NCBI GenBank assembly: GCA_051294375.1
Contig: CM119267.1
Span: 4,111,260 to 4,175,259 of the forward strand
DNA from: Paraspadella gotoi
Lineage: Eukaryota; Animalia; Chaetognatha
Reading direction: 5' to 3'
Length of the DNA stretch: 64,000 nt
In this document: in pieces, positions 63,371 to 64,000 of the stretch
Layout of the letters: each line of letters opens with the position of its first letter
How positions within the stretch are numbered: position 1 is the stretch's first letter
Position numbers and translations under genes: made by a program
Notes under the pieces: model-generated
What the model saw: the letters and a program-made list of their open reading frames with translations, nothing else
The model's database searches: none
What the model was told of the DNA's origin: nothing

Positions 63371-63598
63371 ATGCGTTGGTTCCACCGCAACGTGACGGGG
63401 AAGGAGGCGGAACAGCTGCTCCTCGACCGTGGCGCCGACGGCTCCTTCCTCTGCCGTCCTTCCCACGCCACGCGCGGAGACTTCACGCTGTCCGTCCGGC
63501 GCCACGGCTCCGTCACTCACATCCGGATCCAAAACACCGGCGACTACTATGACTTGTACGCCGGAGAGAAGTTCGCGACTCTCGCCGAGTTGGTCCAG
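63371..63598 (+). CDS. PTPN11: First exon (N-SH2) of an SHP2/corkscrew-like tyrosine phosphatase; the gene continues beyond the window
   Basis: [28 protein letters not shown]...[37 protein letters not shown], followed by a GT donor at 63599. Confidence 0.85.
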
Positions 63599-64000
63599 GT
63601 GCGGGGAAAAGCTCGTAAAATACATATATATTTAAAAAAATTAAAATAGGAAACAACTTTTGTTAGTTTAAAATAATAAAATTAAATTCTCAGCTTTTTT
63701 AGATGCATCCTCTACCTAAGTTATATATCCGATTTTGATAAAATATACAGAAAATTGGTATTTAATCTTTTTTTTCTATAATTTATATTATTTTTCCTTG
63801 TCGATGTTTTTAAATACGTAATTAAAGAGATTAAGCGAGAGACTCGAAGGCAAAGATTTTCCGAAAACTCCACCATGGTAAAAAAATTAGTAAAATAATC
63901 TCAAAGGAATGATAAGATTAACACTAAGAGAGCAAAACAAGGTGTGAATATTAGAATATTATTGAAATAAGTTTTGACGGATTTTTTAATTTATCCAGTA

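Noticed and set aside
1-64000. Prokaryotic operon or defence island interpretation
   Set aside because: Spliceosomal introns and eukaryote-specific genes occur throughout. No cas genes, rRNA or bacterial-type features were seen.

Overview
Compact, gene-dense eukaryotic (metazoan-type) DNA with GC/CpG-rich exons and short AT-rich introns. I read about 26 protein-coding genes. From 311 to 61745, 23 consecutive host genes lie on the + strand, often only 86-300 nt apart: EFCAB14-like, MCCC1, meiotic HORMA protein, BAF-like, SLC25A10, DCAF8, ITFG2, F-box/LRR, FPGT, GTF2H1, TRNT1-like, two PGAP2-like genes, TFB1M, SUGCT, DGK-theta, calcineurin A, THTPA, GTSF1, an Ig-domain receptor, MRPS23, ALYREF-like and CC2D1. 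This arrangement suggests operons or trans-splicing. A Tubby gene is nested antisense in an ITFG2 intron. The most notable non-coding structure is a nested retroelement pair in the last ITFG2 intron. The outer element is a non-autonomous LTR element with non-TG/CA ends, a 5-bp TSD, a tRNA-Lys-like PBS, a PPT and a TQT-repeat ORF. Inserted into it is a non-autonomous DIRS-type element with ITRs, a duplicated 7-bp core, and an internal complementary region that sits inside a predicted gag intron. Also present: a 2-kb foldback element in the HORMA gene, a deleted Tc1, a MITE, three solo-LTR-like repeats carrying a tRNA-like core, a perfect 48-bp palindrome, and several GC/GA/GG splice donors. All gene calls come from motif recognition by eye and exon boundaries are inferred; no database search was run.
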